A DNA stretch of 64,000 bases. It comes from Chloroflexota bacterium. Lineage in GTDB: Bacteria; Chloroflexota; UBA11872; VXOZ01. This document shows, piece by piece, positions 39,185 to 48,826 of the stretch. The translations under genes and the position numbers were made by a program. The stretch covers positions 1,760,001 to 1,824,000 of the forward strand of contig OZ244922.1 of NCBI GenBank assembly GCA_965221905.1, in the 5' to 3' direction. The stretch's first letter is position 1, and each line of letters begins with the position of its first letter. The notes under the pieces were generated by a model, which saw nothing but the letters and a program-made list of their open reading frames with translations, ran no database searches and was not told the origin of the DNA.

Positions 39185-41018
39185 TCGGGAGAAACAGTCG
39201 TCCGGCGCCACTAGCGACGACCGTAGCAACTCCCGCAAGCCACCCGTAGAGTCGCAGGTTGATGAGGATAAGATCTCGGGCGAGCTTGACCTGAAGATCC
39301 TTGCGCGTTTGTTCGGCTACACGTCAGGATATCGTCTGCAAATCACCGGTGCCATTGCGGTGACGCTCGTCAATACGGCTGCAAGCCTTCTCCGCCCCTA
39401 TTTGCTCAAGCTGGCTATCGACGGCCCTCTTACCACCGGCGATCTGCGCAGTTTGGACATTATCGTCGTACTCTACCTGACCGCCGGACTAGTGCTCTTT
39501 GGCGCTATGGGAGCGCGACAGTGGATCATAAGATGGCTGGGTCAACAGTTGCTCTTCTCGCTGCGCCAGAGCCTCTTTCAGCATCTCCAGCGCCTCTCGC
39601 TGGGGTTCTACGACCGTAACCGCGCCGGACGCATCATCACACGCGTGACCAGCGACGTGCGGGACATAAACACACTTATCACAGAGGGCATTGTAACTAC
39701 CTCAAGTGACCTCTTCGTGCTGGTGGGCATTCTCTTTGTAATGCTCTACATGCACTGGCAGTTGGCGCTGCTCACGTTCGTTGTCCTCCCCGGGCTCATC
39801 GCCGTGGCCTTCTTCTTCAAGGGCAAGTCCCGCCGCTCCTGGCGCGTAGCGCGCGAAGACCGCAGCGTGATGAATGGTAATTTTGCTGAGAGCATCCTGG
39901 GTGTGCGAGTGACGCAAGCCTACTCGCGTCAGGCGGAGAATCTGCGGCGATTCGTGGGCCTGAGCGACAGCTACGTGGGGACGACGCTAAAGGCACACGG
40001 GCTGACGGCAGCGTTTTCGCCTACCGTTAGCATCATTAATGCGGCTGCAATTGTGGTCATCATCTGGTTCGGAGGCGTGGCTGTTGTCCAAGGGACCATT
40101 ACCCTTGGCATTGTGGTTGCCTTCCTCACCTATGTGCAGCGTTTCTTCCAACCGTTGCAGAGTATCTCGGCCCGCTTCAACCAAATGCAGTCTGCAATGG
40201 CAGCCAGTGAGCGGGTGTTTGCCTTGCTCGATCAAGAGCCCGACATTCTCGAATCGCCTGCTGCCAAGCTGTTACCTCGGGTGCGAGGGCGCGTCATATT
40301 TGACAATGTCGAATTTGGTTACATTGCGGACACACCGGTGCTGCACGGCATTTCTCTGGAAGCGCAACCGGGAGAGCTCATCGCTATAGTGGGACACACC
40401 GGCGCGGGCAAGACCTCCATCATCAATGTTCTCTGTCGCTTCTACGACATTCAATCAGGCAAGGTGACGATTGACGGCCATGATATTGGCGGCGTCACGC
40501 TAGACAGCCTGCGCGGCCAGGTTGGGCTCGTGCTGCAGGAGCCGTTCTTATTCTCCGGCACGGTCAAGGACAATATCCGCTACGGCAGGCTTGATGCGAC
40601 GGATGAGGAAATCGTGGAGGTGGCCAAGGCGGTGCGTCTCCACGACTTCATCGAATCGCAGCCTTTCCGCTACGATACGCTGGTGGGCGAACGCGGCACG
40701 CAGCTTTCGATCGGCCAGCGGCAATTGCTTTCATTCGCGCGGGCACTCATCGCCGACCCGCGCATTCTCGTGCTCGATGAGGCTACATCCAGTGTAGATA
40801 CCGAAACGGAACAGCAGATTCAAGAGGCATTGAAAATGCTCATGCAAGGTCGGACGAGTTTTGTGATCGCCCACCGTCTGTCCACCATTCAGAATGCTAA
40901 CCAGGTGATTGTGATGGACAGAGGCAAGATTGTGGAGCAAGGCACCCACAAGGAGTTGCTGCAACGGAGAGGCAGCTACTTCAAGCTTTACACGATGCAG
41001 TTCGCCGACCAGGAATAG
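39177..41018 (+). CDS. Heterodimeric ABC exporter subunit (TMD-NBD)
   Basis: GHTGAGKT, LSIGQRQ, LDEATSS, IAHR; overlaps the upstream stop. Confidence 0.93.
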   Translation: MTNREKQSSGATSDDRSNSRKPPVESQVDEDKISGELDLKILARLFGYTSGYRLQITGAIAVTLVNTAASLLRPYLLKLAIDGPLTTGDLRSLDIIVVLYLTAGLVLFGAMGARQWIIRWLGQQLLFSLRQSLFQHLQRLSLGFYDRNRAGRIITRVTSDVRDINTLITEGIVTTSSDLFVLVGILFVMLYMHWQLALLTFVVLPGLIAVAFFFKGKSRRSWRVAREDRSVMNGNFAESILGVRVTQAYSRQAENLRRFVGLSDSYVGTTLKAHGLTAAFSPTVSIINAAAIVVIIWFGGVAVVQGTITLGIVVAFLTYVQRFFQPLQSISARFNQMQSAMAASERVFALLDQEPDILESPAAKLLPRVRGRVIFDNVEFGYIADTPVLHGISLEAQPGELIAIVGHTGAGKTSIINVLCRFYDIQSGKVTIDGHDIGGVTLDSLRGQVGLVLQEPFLFSGTVKDNIRYGRLDATDEEIVEVAKAVRLHDFIESQPFRYDTLVGERGTQLSIGQRQLLSFARALIADPRILVLDEATSSVDTETEQQIQEALKMLMQGRTSFVIAHRLSTIQNANQVIVMDRGKIVEQGTHKELLQRRGSYFKLYTMQFADQE

Positions 41019-41072
41019 GTTGTTCCACGCAAGCACCTAGTTACGCCGGTAGTGCGACGTGCGGGTTCAGTG

Positions 41073-41984
41073 CTAAGCGCCTCGGCCCTCTCGCTCGCGC
41101 CGCTGCAGCAACCCAAAGGCGAGAAGTGCGAGTAGGCTGAGCGGCACGAGCCCGGTGATGCCGAGCGGCGCGCGGATGAGCGAATCGGTATCCAGCAAGA
41201 GAAGCAGCGGCAGGCTGGCGACTGCGTTGATGAGGCCGTGACCGAATGCTGCGGATAGGACGCTCTGCGTCACTTGGCGCAGCCAGGTCAGAATCACGCT
41301 CCACCCAATCGTAAACCAAATCATCATGAGAACGCCCAAGAACGGGTGTCCGGGGTAGTTAAGTCCCATGAAGATCGCGGGAGCGTGCCACACACCCCAG
41401 ATGATGCCGATGAGTATGCTCGCGCGGCCTAGCCCTATCGGGGCGAGCTTTGCCAGCAGGTAGCCGCGCCAGCCAAGCTCTTCGCCGAGCGCGAACACGC
41501 TGTTGAAGAGCGCCGCGAGCGTGAAGGAAGATATGATGCTGATGAATACCGCCAAGATCGGGTCGTTGAAGGGGTACTGCTGGTCTGCAATCTCGCTGCT
41601 TAGCGGTTCAAGGGTGGCATTGACCTCCTGAAAGCCAAGTCCAACACTAAGTCCCATCGCGGCAATGAGAAAGAGAAAAACGAAGAAGTAGATGCTGACG
41701 TAGCGCTCGAGGTAGCCGCGCTGCAGGCCGAGGTCGCGCTTGGACATGGGCGTGATGTACCGGCTGCATATAATGGCGGCGATCCCCGGACACCACATTG
41801 CCACGAGGGAACCAACCGTAAGCAGCGGCAGGTTCTCTGCTCCTCCCAGTATGTAGACGACCGCCCACACTGCCCAGGTGAGGCCGAACGTGGCGAGGAG
41901 AAACATCCCAATGCCGCGCCACTCAAGAGCGGTCGCGACGCTCTTCAGTTCCGGTTGCTGCATCTTAGGCGTTTGGGGCTGCAT
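41073..41984 (-). CDS. CPBP (Abi/Rce1-like) intramembrane glutamic protease
   Basis: GEELGWRGY, WGVWH, HG..N motifs. Confidence 0.9.
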   Translation of the reverse strand: MQPQTPKMQQPELKSVATALEWRGIGMFLLATFGLTWAVWAVVYILGGAENLPLLTVGSLVAMWCPGIAAIICSRYITPMSKRDLGLQRGYLERYVSIYFFVFLFLIAAMGLSVGLGFQEVNATLEPLSSEIADQQYPFNDPILAVFISIISSFTLAALFNSVFALGEELGWRGYLLAKLAPIGLGRASILIGIIWGVWHAPAIFMGLNYPGHPFLGVLMMIWFTIGWSVILTWLRQVTQSVLSAAFGHGLINAVASLPLLLLLDTDSLIRAPLGITGLVPLSLLALLAFGLLQRREREGRGA

Positions 41985-41995
41985 CCTCGCTTTCC

Positions 41996-43099
41996 CTAGC
42001 GTTGCAGGATGGCAGAACGTTCAATGGTCTTGCCCTGCCACTCAACGGAAATCTTCGGCCACTCGGCAGAGGCGGCAGAGAGGATTTCGATTCCATCTGC
42101 GGTTACGAGGGTTGTATCCTCGCTCTTTACGCCTGCAATACTCGGATTCCACGCGAAGGCTTGATTCGATTGCACCACCTCTTGGCTCACGGGCGATGCT
42201 TTGTAGTCACGCGACTCGTAGCCGCATGCGCCGCCCTGATGGTGGAACCGCCACTCGTCCGGATAGCCGGCCTTGGCGTACTCATCAACCGCCCCGGCAA
42301 AGACCTCCCGCGCAGGCCGTCCCGGCACCGATCCGAGGATGAATGCCGCGTCCACGCGGGCACAGGCTGCCGACTTTGCTTGGATCTCCGCCGGAATCTC
42401 TCCAAAATGCACGAAGCGCGTTACTGAGCAGATCAGGCCGTGTTGACGTGCGCACAGCACAAGCATGGCGTACTTGTCTAGTTTTTTTGCAGTTGGGATG
42501 GGGTGCCGGTATTTGAAGATACGCTCATCGGTTGCCACGAGTGTCAGAGCTGCCTGAACGCCCTCGGCAATGGCTTTATTGGCAATTCTGCTAGCGATGG
42601 CATGTTCAGTCATGCCGGGCGCAATCTCGTAGGCAGCCAGTTCGAGCACGCGGGCCGCTGCCGCGCCCAGCGCGCGATAGCGTGCCATTTCCTCAGGCAG
42701 CAATTGATAGCGCAGACGTGCAATGTCACCGGTGAGTTTTCGCGCGCCGACAATGTCGGTATCCGTGCCGGTGCGCTTTCCTTGGGCTACGGTATTCCAG
42801 TGGACCACTTGCGCCCGGTCCACGTGCCAGTAAGGCGCAACCGGGGTCCACTCCGGAGGCACGAGCCCTTCCTCGTTCTGGAAGCGCGGCATCTCGATGC
42901 GATCCGCCACCAGCGCCCTCTCGTCAGGTGTGTAGATTAGGTGCGCGGCGGCATGCTCAGCGGCAATCATAATGAAACCGTCGCGCCCACCCGTGGCCCA
43001 GGCGAAGTTTGCCAGACGCCCTAAGACCAAGGCGTCCAGATGCTGCTCCGTGAGAAATTGCGCAATGCGGTCATGTTTGGCCTCTATTTCGCCACTCAT
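41996..43099 (-). CDS. M24 family peptidase-like protein
   Basis: YRHP, TR.VHFG, HHQGG..GY..R, WNPS..G.KSEDT. Confidence 0.85.
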   Translation of the reverse strand: MSGEIEAKHDRIAQFLTEQHLDALVLGRLANFAWATGGRDGFIMIAAEHAAAHLIYTPDERALVADRIEMPRFQNEEGLVPPEWTPVAPYWHVDRAQVVHWNTVAQGKRTGTDTDIVGARKLTGDIARLRYQLLPEEMARYRALGAAAARVLELAAYEIAPGMTEHAIASRIANKAIAEGVQAALTLVATDERIFKYRHPIPTAKKLDKYAMLVLCARQHGLICSVTRFVHFGEIPAEIQAKSAACARVDAAFILGSVPGRPAREVFAGAVDEYAKAGYPDEWRFHHQGGACGYESRDYKASPVSQEVVQSNQAFAWNPSIAGVKSEDTTLVTADGIEILSAASAEWPKISVEWQGKTIERSAILQR

Positions 43100-43189
43100 T
43101 CGTTTTCCTCTCGCTATCGTTGCTTATAATATTTCAGTAGCTTTCGTGCAGTTCGCCCCGCCCTAATTCTGGGAAGGTCGGAACTGCAC

Positions 43190-43819
43190 TTAGGCGTCTA
43201 ATGCATATTGTCGTATGAAAGTGCGCGCATTCTCAAGGGCGCGAGCACGATGGCTGATGCGATTCTTCTCTCTGGGAGAAAGTTCCGCCATCGTCTGTTG
43301 CTTGTCCGGCAGGTAGAAGATAGGGTCGTAGCCAAATCCGCCATCGCCACTGGGTTGACTCGTGATCAATCCCTCGCAACGGCCGCTCGCGGTGAATAGT
43401 ACCTTACCTGCCTTCACCAGTGCGAGCACACAACGAAAGCGCGCTTGACGTTGCAGCCATGGGACGCTGCTTAGATCATGGAGCAGCTTCGTGTTGTTCG
43501 CTTGGGCGTCTGCATCGGGGCCGCTGTAACGCTTGGAGAGCACCCCGGGTCTGCCGCCGAGCGCGTCGACCTCCAACCCTGAATCTTCACCTAGCACGAG
43601 GTGAGGCGTCTGCCGCGCCACATACAACGCCTTGTGTGTGGCGTTCTCCAAAAACGTTGCGTATGGTTCATCCGCAGGCAACGCCAGACCAACGCCGGCG
43701 ACAGTGACTAGCGTTATGGGTACGCCGTGCAACAAGTGCTCAATTTCCTCGACCTTGCCGGGGTTTCCGGTTGCAAGGACGAGGAACGGCGATCGGCACT
43801 CTTGCGATGTGTTTGTCAT
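43190..43819 (-). CDS. rdgB: Non-canonical purine NTP pyrophosphatase (RdgB/HAM1)
   Basis: ATGNPGKV.E, EDSGLEVDAL, GFGYDPIF, KNRISHR. Confidence 0.95.
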   Translation of the reverse strand: MTNTSQECRSPFLVLATGNPGKVEEIEHLLHGVPITLVTVAGVGLALPADEPYATFLENATHKALYVARQTPHLVLGEDSGLEVDALGGRPGVLSKRYSGPDADAQANNTKLLHDLSSVPWLQRQARFRCVLALVKAGKVLFTASGRCEGLITSQPSGDGGFGYDPIFYLPDKQQTMAELSPREKNRISHRARALENARTFIRQYALDA

Positions 43820-44170
43820 CGATGCGCAATCCAACCAATCGCTGTCTGCACCTCATCTTGGCTACGGGAAGCTATGCGTTTGCTGCCGGCCACGTGAATT
43901 CGTATGCGGGAAAACGGTGCCGTGCAGTGGACGGATGCTCAAGCGTATCTTCGAAAGCGGCCTCGCTGTCGGGCGGCCTCGATGAGGGCCGGCAGAGTTC
44001 GAGCTGGGCGTGCGCTTCTAGGGCGGAAATGGCAGGAATGTGGGGCTAGGTGCGAAATAGGTGCTCGTGAACGGTCTTGTCGCGCGAGGGAGGCGACGAG
44101 TGAGCTTGATCTTCATCTCTGGATTTCACAGCAAGGATAGCAGCCTTCTCCACTGGGCACACGCGGCAAT

Positions 44171-45559
44171 CTACTGGGCGGGTCGCAACATATGCCACAC
44201 ACTGGCTATCTCTTGCTGGAGTTCGGAGTTGTGCTCTAGCTCCTTGTTAATCTTGTCGCAGCCGTACATCACCGTCGTGTGGTCGCGCCCGCCGAGAATT
44301 CTGCCAATCTCAGGCAGCGAGAGTTGCGTCTCTTCCCGCATCATATGCATTGCAATCTGGCGCGGGCGTACAATCGTCCTATCACGTTTGGGTCCGATAA
44401 GGTTCGCCACCGGTACCCGATAGTGCGTAGCAACGGCGTTAAGGATTTGTTCAGGCGTAAAGGCATCTTTTCGGATATTGAAAAGTAGCCCGTCCAGAAC
44501 TTCCATCGCCAACTCTCGTGTTGGATCCTGGTTATTCAACTTGGCGAACGCCAACAGCCGGGTCAATGCACCCTCCAGCTCCCTCACGTTACTCACGAGG
44601 TGTGTTGCCAGGAACTCAAGGACTTCATCCGCGACAACCGCCTGTTCCTCCTCGGCCCGCTTGCTAAGTATCGCGATTCGGGTCTCCAGGTCGGGAGGCT
44701 GAATGTCAGCAATCAGGCCCCATACAAAGCGGCTGCTCAAGCGTTCTGTAAGGGTCTCGATGCTCTTCGGCGGGCGGTCGCTCGATAGCACGATCTGCTT
44801 GCCGAATTCATGGTAGGCATTGAATGTATGGAAGAATTCTTCTTGCGTCTGCTCCTTACCGGCAAGGAACTGTACGTCGTCGATCAAGATGATGTCGGCG
44901 CTGCGGTAGCGGTCGCGAAATACATCGATGCGTTTGTTCTGGATCGACCGGATGAATTCATTCGTAAACGTCTCGCACGTGATGTAGACGATGTGTAGCT
45001 CAGGCAGCGCTAGCATTACATAATTGCTAATTGCATGCAGCAAGTGAGTCTTGCCCAAACCGGCGCCGCCATATATGAAGAGTGGATTGTACGCCTCTGC
45101 CGGACCTTCCGCCACTGCCTGTGCTCCGGCCGCGGCCAGGCGATTCCCCGCACCAATCACGAAGCGATCGAACGTGAACTTACCGTTCACCATGCTCTGT
45201 GTGCCTGTCCCTCGCCGCAATTGCGTTTGCTCAACCTTTGATGCGGCAGGTGACGCACCCGCCGCACTGGCAGCGGGGGAATCCTGACGCGTTCCTTCAG
45301 GCTGGGATGAGGATACCTCGTACACGACCGAGACCTCCTGGTGGCAAAGGCGTGCCAGTATCTGCTCCACTAGAGCGTGGTAGTTCCGCTCTACCACCTC
45401 TTTGGCAAAGGTGTGCGGCACACCGACTCTAATGGGAGAGCTATTGGCATCAATTAAATGCGTATTTCGTAGCCAGGCAGCAAACTGACCGCGGGGGATC
45501 TCTAGTTCAAGTTCACCAAGGACAGTTTGCCAAAGCGCTCGCGGGTCTAAGGTAGACAT
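44171..45559 (-). CDS. dnaA: Chromosomal replication initiator DnaA
   Basis: FTFDRFV.G.GN, YNPLFIYGGAGLGKTHL, DDVQF, QEEFFHTFN, NVRELEG, GGRDHTTV. Confidence 0.97.
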   Translation of the reverse strand: MSTLDPRALWQTVLGELELEIPRGQFAAWLRNTHLIDANSSPIRVGVPHTFAKEVVERNYHALVEQILARLCHQEVSVVYEVSSSQPEGTRQDSPAASAAGASPAASKVEQTQLRRGTGTQSMVNGKFTFDRFVIGAGNRLAAAGAQAVAEGPAEAYNPLFIYGGAGLGKTHLLHAISNYVMLALPELHIVYITCETFTNEFIRSIQNKRIDVFRDRYRSADIILIDDVQFLAGKEQTQEEFFHTFNAYHEFGKQIVLSSDRPPKSIETLTERLSSRFVWGLIADIQPPDLETRIAILSKRAEEEQAVVADEVLEFLATHLVSNVRELEGALTRLLAFAKLNNQDPTRELAMEVLDGLLFNIRKDAFTPEQILNAVATHYRVPVANLIGPKRDRTIVRPRQIAMHMMREETQLSLPEIGRILGGRDHTTVMYGCDKINKELEHNSELQQEIASVWHMLRPAQ

Positions 45560-45952
45560 TAAGCAGGGGGAAAAGAAGCGAGGTTGAATTTCTAACTACA
45601 CATGCTACCAAATCTGCCGAGCCGGGGCAAGCTCATGCCACGCTATCCCCTCTACACTGTCCAAGTCAATCCGCTGCAATATTCATCTACAGGCCGGGAT
45701 TCATCGACTGCCAAGGGCTGCCAATCAACGGCTGCCAAGCGCGCAGTCTGGTTTCTCCGCAAACGCCATTTCCACGAACACGCAGGTCCGATCTCGCTTG
45801 GAGTTCCAGCGTCAGCTTCTTGCGAAAGCGGCAGCGTTGGAGCGTGTGTAATGTGTGGATGCTCAAGGGTTGATATTCGCTAGAATCTCTGTCATAGTGA
45901 AATCAGTGAAAATGCAAGCGATAGGCTCTTGGCTGGGCAAGAAAGGGAAGCA

Positions 45953-46288
45953 ATGGCTGAACCAATTACGGTGACTGACGATAGCTTTACAAAGGACGTA
46001 ACGGAATCTGATCTTCCCGTAGTCGTTGACTTTTGGGCGTCTTGGTGCGGCCCGTGCAAGATGGTTGAACCCATCGTCAAAGAGCTTGCCAATGAGCTTG
46101 AGGGCAGGGTTGTCTTTGCTAAGGTCAATACGGATGATAACCTGGAAACGCCAACACGTCTGGGCGTGCAGGGGATCCCAACCCTGATCTTCTTCCGCAG
46201 CGGCCAAGAGGTAGGGAGGGTCGTTGGATTTCGGCCCAAAGCGCAATTGCTCAAAGCAATCGAATCCGACCTTCTGCAAACTGCTTAG
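45953..46288 (+). CDS. trxA: Thioredoxin
   Basis: DFWASWCGPCK, GIPTL. Confidence 0.95.
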   Translation: MAEPITVTDDSFTKDVTESDLPVVVDFWASWCGPCKMVEPIVKELANELEGRVVFAKVNTDDNLETPTRLGVQGIPTLIFFRSGQEVGRVVGFRPKAQLLKAIESDLLQTA

Positions 46289-46322
46289 CCGGGAAACCGA
46301 TCGTACTCGGGTCCGATTAAAC

Positions 46323-46361
46323 AAAGAAGCTAGCTGGCTCTAGTAGACAGCTAGCTCTTTT
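46323..46361 (+). terminator. Intrinsic terminator after trxA
   Basis: agctagctg/cagctagct stem followed by ctttt. Confidence 0.6.
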
Positions 46362-46433
46362 GATTCAGCGGCAGAATGGGCGCATGCGCTAGCGCGCTAG
46401 CGAGGAATTGAGATTGGTATGGCCTCCAGCCCT

Positions 46434-47978
46434 CTATTCCCCCTGCGCGATGTCGAGGATCATCGTGTGAATCAATTGCTCGACCGGAGCCAGATCGTCG
46501 GTAAAGGTCTGGGTCTCCACGGTGGTTAATTCGCGGTAGTGCTCCGAAGCCACAGCAAGCACCACACGCAGGCGGTCATCGATGTCCTGGCTTGCAAGCA
46601 GCGGCTGGACGTTTTCCAGGAAGTTCTGTGGCGTGCTAGGTTGATTGGTAGCCACCACAATGCTATTAATGGTGCCCGGAATGTCAATGATGTAGACGTT
46701 GGGGAATACCGACTTGATCGTGCCGGCAATCGTATGCACCAAACGGAAGTCGGTCGTTGTCCGACCCACATTGATCACGGCGACCCCGTTCGGAGTCAGG
46801 CGATCACGTACGTGCTGGAAGTACTCCCGCGTGGTCATTTGGAAAGGAATGTACGGCTGCTGATAAGCGTCGGTACCGATCATGTCGTACTTGCGGTCGT
46901 CGGTCATGAGAAAGTACCGGCCGTCTTGCTCGACCACCTCCAGATTGGGCTCCGTCATATCGAAATACTGGCGCCCGATCTCGACAATTCTCGGATCGAT
47001 CTCCACGCCCACAATCTCGATAGGTCCGTAGATTTGCGTGATCTGCTTTGGCACGGTTCCTGCGCCAAGCCCGATCATAAGTACGCGTTGAAGGTCTGAA
47101 GGCGCGACATCCGGTGCGAAGTAGGGCGCCACCAGGTAGTAGTCCCAAGGTCCGCCGGTGAGCAGCCGCTCGGGATGGTAGATTGAGTGCGTTGCCTGCC
47201 CTTCGTTCAGTTCGAGTAGGCGCGTGGTATCCTCAAGCTCGATCACGCGAATATAGTTGTACGCGGATTCCGTCTCCTCAATAACGACGCCTCGTTCTGC
47301 GGGCTTTATCGTCACTTGGGGGACAACCGTCAGGCCAATCAGAACGAGCAGAAATACTATTGGATAGAGTTTCCGTCTGCCCAAAGCAACGATTGATAGG
47401 ACGAGGAGCGTGAAGGCAAATGTGAGAAACGTGTTTCTGGTACCGATGTTCGGAATCAACACCAGCGTGGGCAAGAAGGCGCCGAGCAAACTGCCGATGG
47501 TCGATATTGCATAGAGCTTGCCGGCCACACTCCCCGACTGCTTCACGTCTCCATCTTCGAGGGACAACCTAATCGCAAACGGTGAGACGCAGCCGAGCAA
47601 TGTAATCGGGACCGCAAGCAGCAGCATAACCACCGCGAGAGATCCCCAAAAGACGCCGAGAGAATATGTGGCGAACGCCTCCTGCGAGTATTGCAGGACT
47701 GGCCGCGAGACAAATGGCAGCAGTCCGATCATGATTGCCGCCACTGCCGTCAATTGGTAAAGCACCTCTTGGCGGGGATAACGGTCCGCCAAGCGTCCGC
47801 CAAGGTAATAGCCCAACGTCAGGTAGAAAAGCACGAAGCCGATGACATTTGCCCACACGAAGAGCGAGGTACCAAAGAACGGGGCGATAAGGCGGGACGT
47901 GGCAATTTCCGTACCCAAACTGGATATGCCACCTACAAAGACAATGAGTATGAGAAGCAAACGAGATGTTCTCGACAT
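46434..47978 (-). CDS. Fused membrane (MFS-like) / spermidine-synthase-like SAM-dependent transferase
   Basis: R..APFFG.S..VW, G.LAD, G.LYA.ST.GS..G; C-terminal VLMIGLGAG, VEID, DGR.FL, DAY. Confidence 0.85.
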   Translation of the reverse strand: MSRTSRLLLILIVFVGGISSLGTEIATSRLIAPFFGTSLFVWANVIGFVLFYLTLGYYLGGRLADRYPRQEVLYQLTAVAAIMIGLLPFVSRPVLQYSQEAFATYSLGVFWGSLAVVMLLLAVPITLLGCVSPFAIRLSLEDGDVKQSGSVAGKLYAISTIGSLLGAFLPTLVLIPNIGTRNTFLTFAFTLLVLSIVALGRRKLYPIVFLLVLIGLTVVPQVTIKPAERGVVIEETESAYNYIRVIELEDTTRLLELNEGQATHSIYHPERLLTGGPWDYYLVAPYFAPDVAPSDLQRVLMIGLGAGTVPKQITQIYGPIEIVGVEIDPRIVEIGRQYFDMTEPNLEVVEQDGRYFLMTDDRKYDMIGTDAYQQPYIPFQMTTREYFQHVRDRLTPNGVAVINVGRTTTDFRLVHTIAGTIKSVFPNVYIIDIPGTINSIVVATNQPSTPQNFLENVQPLLASQDIDDRLRVVLAVASEHYRELTTVETQTFTDDLAPVEQLIHTMILDIAQGE

Positions 47979-47999
47979 GTTTGCGGCTAAGGCTCCTCC

Positions 48000-48824
48000 C
48001 TAGGCTTTCTGCGTGTCTCCGTTCTGCGCCGCTTTGCGCAGATACACTGCAAGCAAGATTCCGGCAATTGCGACAATGATCCCGGTCACCTGCGCTTGTT
48101 TCAGGTTCCAAAGTACGACTTCGTTCAGCCGCCAGATGAATATGACAATCTGCGAAATCGAGTACCCGATGAGGTACAGCGCAAACACCATGCCGGGCGT
48201 TCGGAACCGATGCCGGAGCGGCCAGAGTATGGCAAAGATTAAGACGTTACCCAAGAGTTCATAGACTGCGGCAGGATGATAGGCAACCGTTGTACTGGGG
48301 GCAAACGTCGCAGGATGTGTGTAAAGAAATGCCCAGGGCAAATCAGCCGGATAGCCGATGACGTCGCCGTTGACAATGTTGCCGATTCGTCCAATCCCCT
48401 GAGCGGGAAGCGCAAGCAGTCCGGCAGTGTCGAGTACCGGCCAAAGGGCAATATTCGCTCGCCAGCACGTAATGAGGATCGCGAGCACTACCCCAAAGAT
48501 GCAGCCGTAAAACGCCATGCCCCCTTCCCAGGTGGCAAAGATGCGCCAAGGCCGCTCCAGATATGGGCTGATGGGTTGCTGAATGACGTAGTAGAGCCGC
48601 CCGCCGAGGAAGCCCGCAATCGCCGCCGGCCAGAAGAGCGTGTTGATCTGATCGTCGCTTATGCCGCACTGATTGGCATACTTTCGGATAATCCACACTC
48701 CCACCAAGATTCCGAGCACGTACATCAACCCGTACCAGCGAAACGCTATGGGGCCAATACTAACGAGGACCGAATCCAGGTGAATGGTGATAACTGAGGG
48801 GAGGAGCATGGTGTGTGGGATCAC
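48000..48824 (-). CDS. lgt: Prolipoprotein diacylglyceryl transferase
   Basis: RWYGLMY, GGRLYYV, WEGGMAFYG, GRIGN.VNG, HP..VYE. Confidence 0.92.
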   Translation of the reverse strand: MIPHTMLLPSVITIHLDSVLVSIGPIAFRWYGLMYVLGILVGVWIIRKYANQCGISDDQINTLFWPAAIAGFLGGRLYYVIQQPISPYLERPWRIFATWEGGMAFYGCIFGVVLAILITCWRANIALWPVLDTAGLLALPAQGIGRIGNIVNGDVIGYPADLPWAFLYTHPATFAPSTTVAYHPAAVYELLGNVLIFAILWPLRHRFRTPGMVFALYLIGYSISQIVIFIWRLNEVVLWNLKQAQVTGIIVAIAGILLAVYLRKAAQNGDTQKA

Positions 48825-48826
48825 CG

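Noticed and set aside
41073-41984. CPBP/Abi protease as an abortive-infection gene
   Set aside because: The Abi name is historical; this is a common membrane protease in a housekeeping context
43190-43819. HAM1 protein as part of a Kongming-like defence system
   Set aside because: It has intact housekeeping RdgB motifs and no adjacent deaminase or Sir2 gene
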